Positions 19,410-27,380 of a stretch of 64,000 nucleotides of DNA are shown one piece after another. Under the pieces are notes generated by a model. It ran no database searches, was not told the DNA's origin, and saw nothing but the letters and a program-made list of their open reading frames with translations. The position numbers and the translations under genes were made by a program. Source of the stretch: a virus; the IMG/VR virus record IMGVR_UViG_3300045988_120652; one strand, written 5' to 3'. Every line of letters begins with the position of its first letter. Within the stretch, counting starts at the first letter, position 1.

Positions 19410-19442
19410 TTGTCCCACATTTTCGGGGCATTTGTCCCACAT
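19410..19442 (+). promoter_or_regulatory. Direct repeat TTGTCCCACAT x2 (22-bp spacing) upstream of the 19468 gene
   Basis: Identical 11-mers at 19410-19420 and 19432-19442, 26 nt upstream of the ATG. Confidence 0.35.
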
Positions 19443-19467
19443 GTTAAACATATAAAACTCAAACAAA

Positions 19468-19971
19468 ATGAATTACAAACAGATGATTGAACAGGCTCGT
19501 GCCAATGGCATGGCTACCGAGAAGAAGATGTGGGCAGCAGTAGAAACTCTCTCTACCGACCTCCTTGCGCTTGAGCAGACCGACCCTAAGCTCTACTGGC
19601 ACATCCTGCGCCGTCAGCACGCTGTTCTCTACGGACGGCACTACTCTGAGAAGATGGCCAACCACGATGTGAACGCCCTCGTCTATAGCGGCATGTACGA
19701 TGAAGAGGGTATGCCAACCGACGGAGGCGCACACTGGACCCGTCTCAAGGTAGACGAGCTGACTAAGGGCATGAAGTTTCACGCTAACGTCAACGCATGG
19801 GACAAATATGTCGCCTTCAACTCTATGTATGCCGACCTTTGTGCTTGCATGAGCGAGGAAGAGATAATCAAAGCCGCCTACGCTTTCTACTTTTGCGATG
19901 ACGACTGGCAACCATGCGAAGATGATTGCACTAAGGTGTGGGACTATAACGCCCTACACGCCACCCTCTAA
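19468..19971 (+). CDS. Hypothetical protein
   Basis: 167-aa ORF. No motif recognised. Confidence 0.5.
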   Translation: MNYKQMIEQARANGMATEKKMWAAVETLSTDLLALEQTDPKLYWHILRRQHAVLYGRHYSEKMANHDVNALVYSGMYDEEGMPTDGGAHWTRLKVDELTKGMKFHANVNAWDKYVAFNSMYADLCACMSEEEIIKAAYAFYFCDDDWQPCEDDCTKVWDYNALHATL

Positions 19972-20154
19972 CACTCGGCTTTTACATTTGTTTTTAAGCC
20001 AATGGAAAACTCGAAATTAACAGAAAATTTGCACTCTTTTCTGTTTCTTTTGTGTATTCTGTTGGCTTATATTTTTTCGTGCAATTAGCGAAATTCGTTG
20101 TTTCTCCCCTCCGTTGTCCGCTTTCGATGTCCGCCTCACCAAAATAACTTCCCC

Positions 20155-20162
20155 TATCTTTG
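20155..20162 (+). promoter_or_regulatory. -7 promoter element TATCTTTG
   Basis: TAnnTTTG match 32 nt upstream of ATG 20194. Confidence 0.4.
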
Positions 20163-20193
20163 TCCTCGGAAAGTTTAATTAATTTATTGTTTT

Positions 20194-21276
20194 ATGTTCA
20201 ACACACCCGATACCCGAAGCATCGACCTGCGTATGCCCCGTTCGTGGAACGAGTGCTCCACCACGCAGCTTGAGCTAATCTCCCGCGTCATGCTTGAGCA
20301 GATACAGCGCGTAGACCGCTATCATCCCTTTGACATGCGCAACGTGAAGATAGCTTGTTTCTTCCTGCTTGCCGAAGTAGATATAGTGAAAGGTCCTGAC
20401 GAGTCGCTGCCCATCGAAGACCAGTACTATCTGTGCCGGATGGCATCCGACCGTCCTCGCCGCATACGTCTGCCCCGCAAGAGCGATGACGAGAAGGTTT
20501 TCCCTATTTATCTCTGGCAGCTCAACCATTGGCTCACGGCCAAGCCCAAGACCGACGACCGCAACTCGCCCGAATACATTGCTGCAGGAGCTGGCACACT
20601 CGACTGGATGGATAGCGAGAAGGACAGTCCGCTCACGCGTTTCCCCTACCCCACGCTTCGCCTACGCAATCCGCAGCACTGGTTACGCAAGCGCACCGAG
20701 TTCTCCGGTCCGGCACCCGACATGGACGGATTCTCATGGCAGCAATACCGCTTCGCTACCGACCTCATGGGCCAATACACCCAGCTCTCCAACAATCTCA
20801 TTAAGATGAAGATGGGTAAGTTCACGGCCGAGCAGATGCAGTTGCAAGCTGACAGCGTAGACCAGGCACGCTCCATGTTCCTCGCCACCATCTTCAACCA
20901 ACGCATCCCCTACCTCGACCCGAACACCTCGCTGCGCACCGTAGACTTCCATTACGACACCCGTCAGTTCAACGACAACGCAGCCTACTTCCGTCGCTTC
21001 CCCGACTACCAATGGCAACCCATCCTCTTCTGGTGGACCGGCATGATGCACACCCTCTCACGGCGTTATCCTCATGTGTTCAAGGTGCAGAAGATCGACC
21101 GCACACAGCGACCCTCCACCCCACTTGAGATATACACTGCCACCATCGCCACCATGCAGAAATACGCTTCGCTCACCGAAGACCAGGTGAACAACCAGTC
21201 GTACTCGCTTGTGCTGGAGCATCTGGAGCGACTCTCGAAGGAGAATGAGGAGATGGAGAAACTACGGAAGAACTGA
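20194..21276 (+). CDS. Hypothetical protein
   Basis: 360-aa ORF. No motif recognised. Confidence 0.5.
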   Translation: MFNTPDTRSIDLRMPRSWNECSTTQLELISRVMLEQIQRVDRYHPFDMRNVKIACFFLLAEVDIVKGPDESLPIEDQYYLCRMASDRPRRIRLPRKSDDEKVFPIYLWQLNHWLTAKPKTDDRNSPEYIAAGAGTLDWMDSEKDSPLTRFPYPTLRLRNPQHWLRKRTEFSGPAPDMDGFSWQQYRFATDLMGQYTQLSNNLIKMKMGKFTAEQMQLQADSVDQARSMFLATIFNQRIPYLDPNTSLRTVDFHYDTRQFNDNAAYFRRFPDYQWQPILFWWTGMMHTLSRRYPHVFKVQKIDRTQRPSTPLEIYTATIATMQKYASLTEDQVNNQSYSLVLEHLERLSKENEEMEKLRKN

Positions 21277-21395
21277 TAGATATTATTGTCATCGGATGAA
21301 ACGGATTTTTGTTCATCATCGAATGAAGTAAATGAGACAAACTGAGAAATCCGTGAAATCCGATGTTAAGTAAAACAACGAAAATATAGAGAATC

Positions 21396-21779
21396 ATGGG
21401 AAGATATGCAACAAGGGCGACATTAAGGTATTATTGCGCCCAAGCCGACATCACGCTCTACCCCCATCGGCTCGATGGTGTCTCCTATCAGTATTGTGCC
21501 GGAGGATATGTCGTGAATGGCTATTTGGGACGTAGCAAGTCATGGTCTGATTTGAAATATTGTATGCAGCAAAAACTTATCTTTTTGCTAAAGTATGGCT
21601 CTGATGACAATCCTACGATATACAGCGATGGAACAGTTATAGAGTGGCACAAAGAGCCGCACGCAATTCTGCCGTTAGCCCAACCTCTTATCGACAACAA
21701 CGGCATGAAGATACGCACACTTTGGCCACCCGAATGTGACGAGGAATTACAGGATTACTACAATCTTCTTAAATCATAG
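21396..21779 (+). CDS. Hypothetical protein
   Basis: 127-aa ORF preceded by the 17-nt motif AACGAAAATATAGAGAA. Confidence 0.45.
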   Translation: MGRYATRATLRYYCAQADITLYPHRLDGVSYQYCAGGYVVNGYLGRSKSWSDLKYCMQQKLIFLLKYGSDDNPTIYSDGTVIEWHKEPHAILPLAQPLIDNNGMKIRTLWPPECDEELQDYYNLLKS

Positions 21780-21816
21780 CAAGCGATAAAGTATTAACGA
21801 AAATATAGAGAACATT

Positions 21817-22326
21817 ATGAGAACATTCAAATTCAGAGGCAAGTGTACAGATCCTAAGTACGATGGCAAAACGGCATGTGGCTCGCTGCTTTCTTTCCCC
21901 AATGGAGAGACAAAGATTTTTGAGCACGACCACGACAAGACGTTCAACTATTTCGGTGTTGACCCCGCGACCGTCTGCCAGTTCACCGGTTTCCTTGACA
22001 AGAACGGCAAGGAGATTTATGAAGGCGACGTGTTGCGGTCAGACGAATATCCTTATAGCTGCATCGGAGATAAAAAACGCGACAACTATTATGCCGTAGT
22101 TTATTACTGTGAGGAAGGAGCTTGCTTTGGCACTGTGACGGCCAAGAATCCCAGTTCTGACGTAAGAGGCATTTCAGACGGCATACTTGATGATGTAGAG
22201 CGAGAGAAAATGAAGACCTTCGAGGTTGTCGGCAATATCCATGAAGAGAAGTGGCAACAATACGGCGAATATTTTAAGACTGAAGAAGAAAAGGAGGCAG
22301 ACAATGATTTATGCAGAAGACCTTAG
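21817..22326 (+). CDS. YopX-family protein
   Basis: MRTFKFRGK...VCQFTGFLDKNGKEIYEGDVL matches the YopX hallmark (KFRxW... QxTGLxDKNGKxIYEGD). Confidence 0.7.
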   Translation: MRTFKFRGKCTDPKYDGKTACGSLLSFPNGETKIFEHDHDKTFNYFGVDPATVCQFTGFLDKNGKEIYEGDVLRSDEYPYSCIGDKKRDNYYAVVYYCEEGACFGTVTAKNPSSDVRGISDGILDDVEREKMKTFEVVGNIHEEKWQQYGEYFKTEEEKEADNDLCRRP

Positions 22327-22765
22327 AATAGGCGACATTGTGCAGATAAACAAAGACTGCATGTTTCCGAAAGACACGTTGTGCATCGTTACCGAAATCC
22401 ATCCCGACCGACAGTATGAAGACAAGAAGGGAGTTGTCAGTCTGAAGGCTGTCAACGACGACGATGACGGACCATGGGGGGCTTGGTGCTGTAATATTGA
22501 AGGCGTGCCCGTCACGCCCGAAATACTTCGCAATAATGACTTTAAGGAAGAGGTCGAGGGCAAGTACTTCACAAGACCAATTAAAGCCAGATTTGGCAGT
22601 TCCCTTGCCAGATATTTGGTTGTAGAACGGAAAAAATACGCTTGGGCAATATTCATAAAGTATTACAACGTGACAGGCTTTGCACTCTTATGTCATATAA
22701 AGTACGTTCACGAACTACAGCTCGTCCTCAAGATAATGAAATTTAGTCCGGAAATTAAAGTATAG
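22304..22765 (+). CDS. Hypothetical protein (start chosen at ATG 22304 within ORF 22226..22765)
   Basis: An in-frame ATG preceded by AAGGAGG. This start overlaps the YopX gene end by 23 nt. Confidence 0.45.
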   Translation: MIYAEDLRIGDIVQINKDCMFPKDTLCIVTEIHPDRQYEDKKGVVSLKAVNDDDDGPWGAWCCNIEGVPVTPEILRNNDFKEEVEGKYFTRPIKARFGSSLARYLVVERKKYAWAIFIKYYNVTGFALLCHIKYVHELQLVLKIMKFSPEIKV

Positions 22766-22769
22766 CTCT

Positions 22770-22876
22770 ATGAAAGCAAAAAACAAGGTGCTGCTTGACA
22801 GAAACGAGAGTTCTCGCCCGCCCTTCTAGCCACCGACTACAAATGCCTACACTGTATAATGATTGAATATGATTAA
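22770..22876 (+). pseudogene. TRD-like mini-ORF U1 (frame-disrupted)
   Basis: ATG 22770 opens MKAKNKVLLDRNESS..., which stops at TAG 22827. Another frame reads EFSPALLATDYKCLHCIMIEYD*, a paralog of U4. It is not connected to an in-frame ATG. Confidence 0.5.
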
Positions 22877-23003
22877 GCAGCATCCATTCGACGATTTTCA
22901 TCAGCGCATCTATTGGAGCGGAACCTGTATAGGAACCGTAACTCAACAATGGGGTAATCCTGCGCCTCGTCACGGATGGAGATTAATGATTGAATATGAC
23001 TGA
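22869..23003 (+). CDS. TRD-like mini-ORF U2 (44 aa)
   Basis: MIKQHPFDDFHQRIYWSGTCIGTVTQQWGNPAPRHGWRLMIEYD*. The ATG lies 5 nt before the U1 stop. RIYxxxGxxxTV resembles the C5-MTase variable-region pattern. Confidence 0.55.
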   Translation: MIKQHPFDDFHQRIYWSGTCIGTVTQQWGNPAPRHGWRLMIEYD

Positions 23004-23313
23004 CCCTCACTACAAACGCGGCACCATCCGCAAGGATGGCAAGCTGTATGGCCGCTATCCCGACGGATCGCTCTACCGCATCTACTCCTCCACCGACCTA
23101 CCTTTCCTACAGTTGGTGGACCGAGCGGGCGAGACGTTCCTACGCATACGCCAAGCCACCGAGCTGGGCTACACCGACTGTCCCTGCCCTGGAGCCGCCG
23201 ACCTAAGTTATCCGTCCTCGGCTCTGAGGCGTAGTCGCACAGTCGGGAGGGGTAAGCTCGTAAACGCTCTGACCGCTGCAAGTGGCGGAATTTGCGTGTT
23301 TGTTGAATTATAA
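22996..23313 (+). CDS. TRD-like ORF U3 (105 aa)
   Basis: IRQATELGYTDCPCPGAADLSYPSSALRRSRTVGRGKLVNALTAASGGICVFVEL* resembles the ATKxGY...PxSxTRRGRVGxxxxxTLT block seen in the variable region of many Dcm-type enzymes. Confidence 0.55.
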   Translation: MTDPHYKRGTIRKDGKLYGRYPDGSLYRIYSSTDLPFLQLVDRAGETFLRIRQATELGYTDCPCPGAADLSYPSSALRRSRTVGRGKLVNALTAASGGICVFVEL

Positions 23314-23328
23314 AAGGAGAAATAAATT

Positions 23329-23700
23329 ATGATTATAACGAATGATTGGCGGCTCTGGCTCGCATCAATGTTGTTTACGTTTGTCGTAACAATTTTGTTT
23401 ATGGCTTACATTTGGTGGACAGAGCGAAAGCTAAAGAAAGAGATAAAAAATGATAGAGAAATAGACTATCAGAATTGTGATGGGTATTTCTTGTGTGTGT
23501 TTACCAAAGGTGGTGGATGCGATTTGCACAGAGCCTCGGATGTCAAGCAGGTTGTTTCGTCTGTAAATAAAGATTACATCAACGTAATAATGACAGATGG
23601 TGAAGTAACGCATTATGAAGATGTCGTATCGTATGAGTTCAAACACGTTTTAGATTTGTCCTTGTATAATTTGAATACAGTAAAAAGAGTAGCTGAATAG
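23329..23700 (+). CDS. Membrane-anchored hypothetical protein
   Basis: One N-terminal TM segment (WRLWLASMLFTFVVTILFMAYIWW). The gene interrupts the TRD array. Confidence 0.45.
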   Translation: MIITNDWRLWLASMLFTFVVTILFMAYIWWTERKLKKEIKNDREIDYQNCDGYFLCVFTKGGGCDLHRASDVKQVVSSVNKDYINVIMTDGEVTHYEDVVSYEFKHVLDLSLYNLNTVKRVAE

Positions 23701-23729
23701 GCTTGTAGAACATTTAACTAATAAAATTT

Positions 23730-24101
23730 ATGAAAAGAGAAAAACGACTGCCCGATGTGCTGTTAATGTCGGCTAAAGCATCCACCTTAATGTCAAACTC
23801 AACCAAGGACGCTTGCATCTGCGTCGAGTCTGACGAACAAAGTGTAAGTTTTAAGGACGAACCGTCGGAAGGTGTAACGATGGATATTACAGCCGAGTAT
23901 CGCAACATCGTTCAGTTGTGGCACCCTGCCACAGAAAAGCCTCATTGCATAGGTCAACTTCTCTGTTGGTGTTACGACAGAACATTCTTCGTACACAACC
24001 ATTACAGCCATGACGATGAAAATTGGCATTTATTCATCAGCACTAACAACATAAAGCGTTATTGCTATATTTCCAATTTGGAACCCGAATGGTTTATTTG
24101 A
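23730..24101 (+). CDS. Hypothetical protein
   Basis: 123-aa ORF. Its stop lies 2 nt before the U4 ATG. Confidence 0.45.
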   Translation: MKREKRLPDVLLMSAKASTLMSNSTKDACICVESDEQSVSFKDEPSEGVTMDITAEYRNIVQLWHPATEKPHCIGQLLCWCYDRTFFVHNHYSHDDENWHLFISTNNIKRYCYISNLEPEWFI

Positions 24102-24102
24102 G

Positions 24103-24234
24103 ATGACTGACATTAAGATATCCGTGCATCCCGTTAGCCATCGGCTCGAATGGCGAGGATGGGGTGATTTCTCGCCCTCCCTTCGAGCCACCGACTACAA
24201 ATGCCCACACTGTATAATGATTGAATATGACTAA
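24103..24234 (+). CDS. TRD-like mini-ORF U4 (43 aa)
   Basis: MTDIKISVHPVSHRLEWRGWGDFSPSLRATDYKCPHCIMIEYD*. SPSLRATDYKxP matches the sPTLtAxDYKxP pattern of C5-MTase target-recognition regions. Confidence 0.6.
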   Translation: MTDIKISVHPVSHRLEWRGWGDFSPSLRATDYKCPHCIMIEYD

Positions 24235-24355
24235 TCTTGACTTCTACCAATATCCTCGTGGCAAAAACGGGGGGGTACTAAACACTATGATTTGTCCGAC
24301 CGTTACTATATCTTCATGGCAGCACAACTATTTTCTGATTGAAGAATATGATTGA
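24227..24355 (+). CDS. TRD-like mini-ORF U5 (42 aa), contains a G7 tract
   Basis: MTNLDFYQYPRGKNGGVLNTMICPTVTISSWQHNYFLIEEYD*. The G7 run at 24269-24275 is in frame. The ATG lies 5 nt before the U4 stop. Confidence 0.55.
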   Translation: MTNLDFYQYPRGKNGGVLNTMICPTVTISSWQHNYFLIEEYD

Positions 24356-24488
24356 CATCCAACCCTTAAATGTCTGTATGGGAGGAATAGCAGTAACACT
24401 GAATACACGATACGAGCGACTTTGCATTGAGCATTTGATGTCACTTGCCCACTTTCCGAGGACAGGCGTAATGATAGAATACGAATAA
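24348..24488 (+). CDS. TRD-like mini-ORF U6 (46 aa)
   Basis: MIDIQPLNVCMGGIAVTLNTRYERLCIEHLMSLAHFPRTGVMIEYE*. It ends 10 nt before the motif IX-X ORF. Confidence 0.55.
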   Translation: MIDIQPLNVCMGGIAVTLNTRYERLCIEHLMSLAHFPRTGVMIEYE

Positions 24489-24498
24489 CAGTAACTAT

Positions 24499-24936
24499 AT
24501 GATCACAAAACTCAATTTCACCGACCGCACCATCAAGAGCTATGCCATCCGCAAGCTCACGCCCAAGGAGTGTTTCCGCTTGATGGGCGTTCGCGACAAC
24601 GTAATCGGCACGATGCAGAGCAGCAATGCCCAGGCAGCCGAACGTCTGCCCGACTGGAAGGGCAAGGGTAAACCCGAAGACATGGCTATATCTGCATCAC
24701 AGCAGTACAAGCAAGCTGGAAACAGCATCGTGGTGGACGTGTTGGCCCACATCTACGAGCAGCTTTTCTACCCCGCCCCGCCCAAGCCTCGCCCTGGCGA
24801 ACAGCTCACGCTCTTCGACGACCTCGAAGACTCGCTGCCCGCTTTGCCGCCCCCCCCGCAGCCGACAAGAACGAGGAGAAGATATTCCTCACCACGTTCT
24901 CCGGCTACGACTCTCAGCTCATGGCAGCCGACGTGA
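24499..24936 (+). CDS. C5 DNA methyltransferase C-terminal module (motifs IX and X) plus a Pro-rich linker; the reading frame is lost at the C8 tract
   Basis: IRKLTPKECFRLMGV is motif IX and QQYKQAGNSIVVDVL is motif X. After ...DDLEDSLPALPPPP, the tail (QPTRTRRRYSSPRSP...) looks like out-of-frame sequence. Confidence 0.8.
   Translation: MITKLNFTDRTIKSYAIRKLTPKECFRLMGVRDNVIGTMQSSNAQAAERLPDWKGKGKPEDMAISASQQYKQAGNSIVVDVLAHIYEQLFYPAPPKPRPGEQLTLFDDLEDSLPALPPPPQPTRTRRRYSSPRSPATTLSSWQPT
24850..24857 (+). repeat. C8 homopolymer at the junction between the motif IX-X and motif I-VIII reading frames
   Basis: Read as GCCG-CCCCCCCC-GCAG. One extra C would give ...LPALPPPPAADKNEEKIFLTTFSGYDSQLMAADV..., fusing the two ORFs in frame. 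Confidence 0.8.
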
Positions 24937-25811
24937 TACGCGAGTGGCATCCCGACTTCCGATGGACGTGCAAGGGATGGAGCGACATCGACAAATACGC
25001 CTGTCAGATGCACAACCTCGTCTTCCCTCAGTTTGCCGACTGCGCCCTGGGCGACATCACCAAGATTGACTGGCACGAGGTGAAACGCTCGCTCAAAGGC
25101 CGCGAGGTTGACCTCTTCACCTATTCCTCGCCCTGCCAGGACATCAGTCAGGCTGGCAAGCAGATGGGTTTGCAGGAGGGCAGCGATACCCGAAGCGCAC
25201 TGCTTTGGCGTGTGGCGGATGCCGTGGAGGTGCTTCGCCCGAAGTATCTCTTGCAGGAGAACGTGGCGGCACTGGTAAGCCAGAAGTTCATGCCCGACTT
25301 TCAGAAGTGGCTCGACAAACTCTCCTCGCTCGGCTATGTCTCTCGCTGGGCTCGTCTTAACGCCAAGAACTACGGTGTGCCGCAGAACCGCGACCGTGTG
25401 TTCTGCCTCTCCATGCGCCGTGACGTGGCCTTCGACTATCAGTTTCCCGAACCCTTCGAGCTGCTTATCCGACTGGAGGATGTGCTCGAAGAGGAAGTGT
25501 CCGACCGCTATTTCCTCAAGGATGATGCCGTGAGCAAGTTCCTCAAGGCAAACGACTCTGACAATGCCTTATTCCTTCAATTCGACCTGCCACCGACACA
25601 TGAGGCGGCAATGTTCCTCAAGACATGGCTCACGCTGCGCATGAACACTTTCAACGGATGGGAGAGGGATTTGGACGAACTGCGCGATTGCATCGAGAAC
25701 GAGCGAGATGTATTAAACAGCGATTTTGCAAGTTTCAGCGAGTATCATACATTCCCTTGCGAAGGTTTTGAGGAATTGTTTAAGGAGAATATGAAGAGGA
25801 AGAAGGAATGA
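24921..25811 (+). CDS. C5 DNA methyltransferase catalytic module (motifs I-VIII). Motif I lies upstream of the first ATG in the same open frame
   Basis: This frame is open back to at least 24783 and encodes KNEEKIFLTTFSGYDSQL (motif I, 24897-24917) before ATG 24921. It continues with WSDIDKYA (II), SSPCQDISQAG (IV, catalytic PCQ), TRSALLW (V), LLQENV (VI) and NYGVPQNRDRVF (VIII). A ~100-aa tail of unknown function follows, with no motif IX/X. Confidence 0.85.
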   Translation: MAADVIREWHPDFRWTCKGWSDIDKYACQMHNLVFPQFADCALGDITKIDWHEVKRSLKGREVDLFTYSSPCQDISQAGKQMGLQEGSDTRSALLWRVADAVEVLRPKYLLQENVAALVSQKFMPDFQKWLDKLSSLGYVSRWARLNAKNYGVPQNRDRVFCLSMRRDVAFDYQFPEPFELLIRLEDVLEEEVSDRYFLKDDAVSKFLKANDSDNALFLQFDLPPTHEAAMFLKTWLTLRMNTFNGWERDLDELRDCIENERDVLNSDFASFSEYHTFPCEGFEELFKENMKRKKE

Positions 25812-25999
25812 GAACTGACAACCCACCCGACCGTGTAATCCGTATCATAGCTGATATGATTAGGGGTGGTAGGTTGCTCACCTGCCCTGCCTCGATGTTC
25901 AGCGCAGAACGTTTCAACGGAGCATTTCACGGCATAGCAATAACCATCATGTCGCGCACCGATTGCAGCGACGTATTCTTTGTAGCAGTAGAATTATGA
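25808..25999 (+). CDS. TRD-like ORF U7 (63 aa)
   Basis: ATGA start/stop overlap with the catalytic module. ...RFNGAFHGIAITIMSRTDCSDVFFVAVEL* has the same VEL ending as U3 and U16. Confidence 0.5.
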   Translation: MRTDNPPDRVIRIIADMIRGGRLLTCPASMFSAERFNGAFHGIAITIMSRTDCSDVFFVAVEL

Positions 26000-26142
26000 T
26001 ACTCCCATTTAACACAGAATCCGATGGTACATCACACACTATTAAATCCCAATATTTCAAAATGGGAGCAGCGAATGTGCTCGCCATTTCGTTTGACGGT
26101 GCCAACTTCAAAGCCACTGGCGCAATCGTGATATATGAATAA
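25996..26142 (+). CDS. TRD-like mini-ORF U8 (48 aa)
   Basis: MILPFNTESDGTSHTIKSQYFKMGAANVLAISFDGANFKATGAIVIYE*. TxKSQYxKMGxxN resembles a known C5-MTase TRD pattern. ATGA overlap with U7. Confidence 0.55.
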   Translation: MILPFNTESDGTSHTIKSQYFKMGAANVLAISFDGANFKATGAIVIYE

Positions 26143-26287
26143 CAACCCTCGCCCCATTATCCTCGGCTCCTACAGCCCCTCGCAGAACGGCATCATCGTG
26201 TCGCCACACGGCATAGCCTTGTGCATAGTCGGGGGAGGTAAGGGTCACGACGTGGATAAACCGAAAATATTGATAGAGTATGATTAA
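26135..26287 (+). CDS. TRD-like mini-ORF U9 (50 aa)
   Basis: MNNNPRPIILGSYSPSQNGIIVSPHGIALCIVGGGKGHDVDKPKILIEYD*. It resembles SQxxRVYxxxGxxPTLxAxxGGxxxxxPxIL. Confidence 0.6.
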   Translation: MNNNPRPIILGSYSPSQNGIIVSPHGIALCIVGGGKGHDVDKPKILIEYD

Positions 26288-26463
26288 TCGTTCCGTCCTC
26301 GTCCAACTACCGCACCGAGGAAGCCAAAGCCTTCCGTCAAGAGCATGGCGACCGAGGAGGGTGTAAATACGGCGACAAGTATCACCGCCCAAGTCCGTGG
26401 CCGTAGAGCAATTCGATAACAACAGTAACAAAAGACAACCTATTATGCTTAACATTCATCTGA
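26280..26463 (+). pseudogene. TRD-like unit U10 (degenerate)
   Basis: The TRD-like frame reads NYRTEEAKAFRQEHGDRGGCKYGDKYHRPSPWP(TAG)SNSITTVTKDNLLCLTFI*. It is a paralog of U11, but the ATG (26280) is in another frame and there is an in-frame TAG at 26404-26406. Confidence 0.45.
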
Positions 26464-26621
26464 TACACGAAGCCAGAACCGAACACGCGAAAGCCGTGCG
26501 TCGCTTAATCGGCACTAACGACTTCCGTGATAAGGAATGGCATCTGCGACAAGGATGTTGGATGCAATGTATAGGTACTTCCCTCACCACTGACAATCTG
26601 ATTGCAATATGTTACGATTAA
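26397..26621 (+). CDS. TRD-like ORF U11 (alternative start ATG 26445)
   Basis: ...HEARTEHAKAVRRLIGTNDFRDKEWHLRQGCWMQCIGTSLTTDNLIAICYD* fits the RTExAKxxR...R...LTTxxKDNL class of Dcm variable regions. Confidence 0.5.
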   Translation: MAVEQFDNNSNKRQPIMLNIHLIHEARTEHAKAVRRLIGTNDFRDKEWHLRQGCWMQCIGTSLTTDNLIAICYD

Positions 26622-26648
26622 TAGTACAAATAATAAACAAAAAGAAAT

Positions 26649-26942
26649 ATGAGTCTTTACGCAGAAAAAATAATAGTCAGAGACCACGAACGTAATGAAG
26701 ATGTTGATGTGGCTTTCGGGCACAACACTATTTGCGACTGTGTTACTATCCGCCGAGGAGAAGATACTGTTTGTTTGTCGGACGACGAGTTCGATGCCCT
26801 TGCAGTGTTGATGATACGCGACTTTGTATCGAGGGAGAGTATCGAAAACGCAATAGAGCTAACCAGTACAGACAAGAAGAACCCATATCGCATATTCATA
26901 GCACGAACTGTGGATGATGAAAAATGGAATGGGGATGATTGA
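26649..26942 (+). CDS. Hypothetical protein embedded in the TRD array
   Basis: 97-aa acidic ORF with no TRD-like pattern. It ends ...GDD*, with the U12 ATG 5 nt before its stop, which is the same junction geometry. Confidence 0.45.
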   Translation: MSLYAEKIIVRDHERNEDVDVAFGHNTICDCVTIRRGEDTVCLSDDEFDALAVLMIRDFVSRESIENAIELTSTDKKNPYRIFIARTVDDEKWNGDD

Positions 26943-27106
26943 CTTTCGCATAGCAGCCTTCCGAGGCCGTGCCCCCGATAATCCGTCCAACCGCAAGCAT
27001 CCCTCCAACGGACGCTTCTTTCAGCGAATGGAGATAAACGGGGGGTACAACCAACACCCTCACATCAGTAGGCAAAGACAATATGGTATTGATAACGTAT
27101 GATTAA
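26935..27106 (+). pseudogene. TRD-like unit U12, out of frame at a G6 tract
   Basis: MIDFRIAAFRGRAPDNPSNRKHPSNGRFFQRMEINGG runs up to G6 (27040-27045). The next frame continues TTNTLTSVGKDNMVLITYD*. Seven Gs would give one intact ORF of the RGRxxxNP...QRxE...NTLTSVxKDN class. Confidence 0.55.
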
Positions 27107-27247
27107 ACAAATCCCTTTCGTACAACGCATATCCCAGCTCTGCCCACGTCGGGGTATTCCACGGCATTGTCCGCCCGCTACGACGGATGGGCAGGGCTCT
27201 ACGATGAACACGGACAGCACGCCATTGTATTGATAGAATATGAATAG
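27099..27247 (+). pseudogene. TRD-like unit U13, out of frame at a G4 tract
   Basis: The ATG frame reads MIKQIPFVQRISQLCPRRG (like U2). The TRD-like continuation GYSTALSARYDGWAGLYDEHGQHAIVLIEYE* (like U6) is in another frame. One extra G at 27151-27154 would join them. Confidence 0.45.
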
Positions 27248-27380
27248 GCATACACTAAATTGTCCGTCCGGCATCTGCTGCGTCCTGACATCGCATTACG
27301 CAAGAGAAGGATGGGCGAATATAGCAAGCAATACAACATCACAATGCAAAGCACCCGCAGTATTGATAGAATATGATTGA
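27240..27380 (+). CDS. TRD-like mini-ORF U14 (46 aa)
   Basis: MNRHTLNCPSGICCVLTSHYAREGWANIASNTTSQCKAPAVLIEYD*, a paralog of U8. Confidence 0.55.
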   Translation: MNRHTLNCPSGICCVLTSHYAREGWANIASNTTSQCKAPAVLIEYD

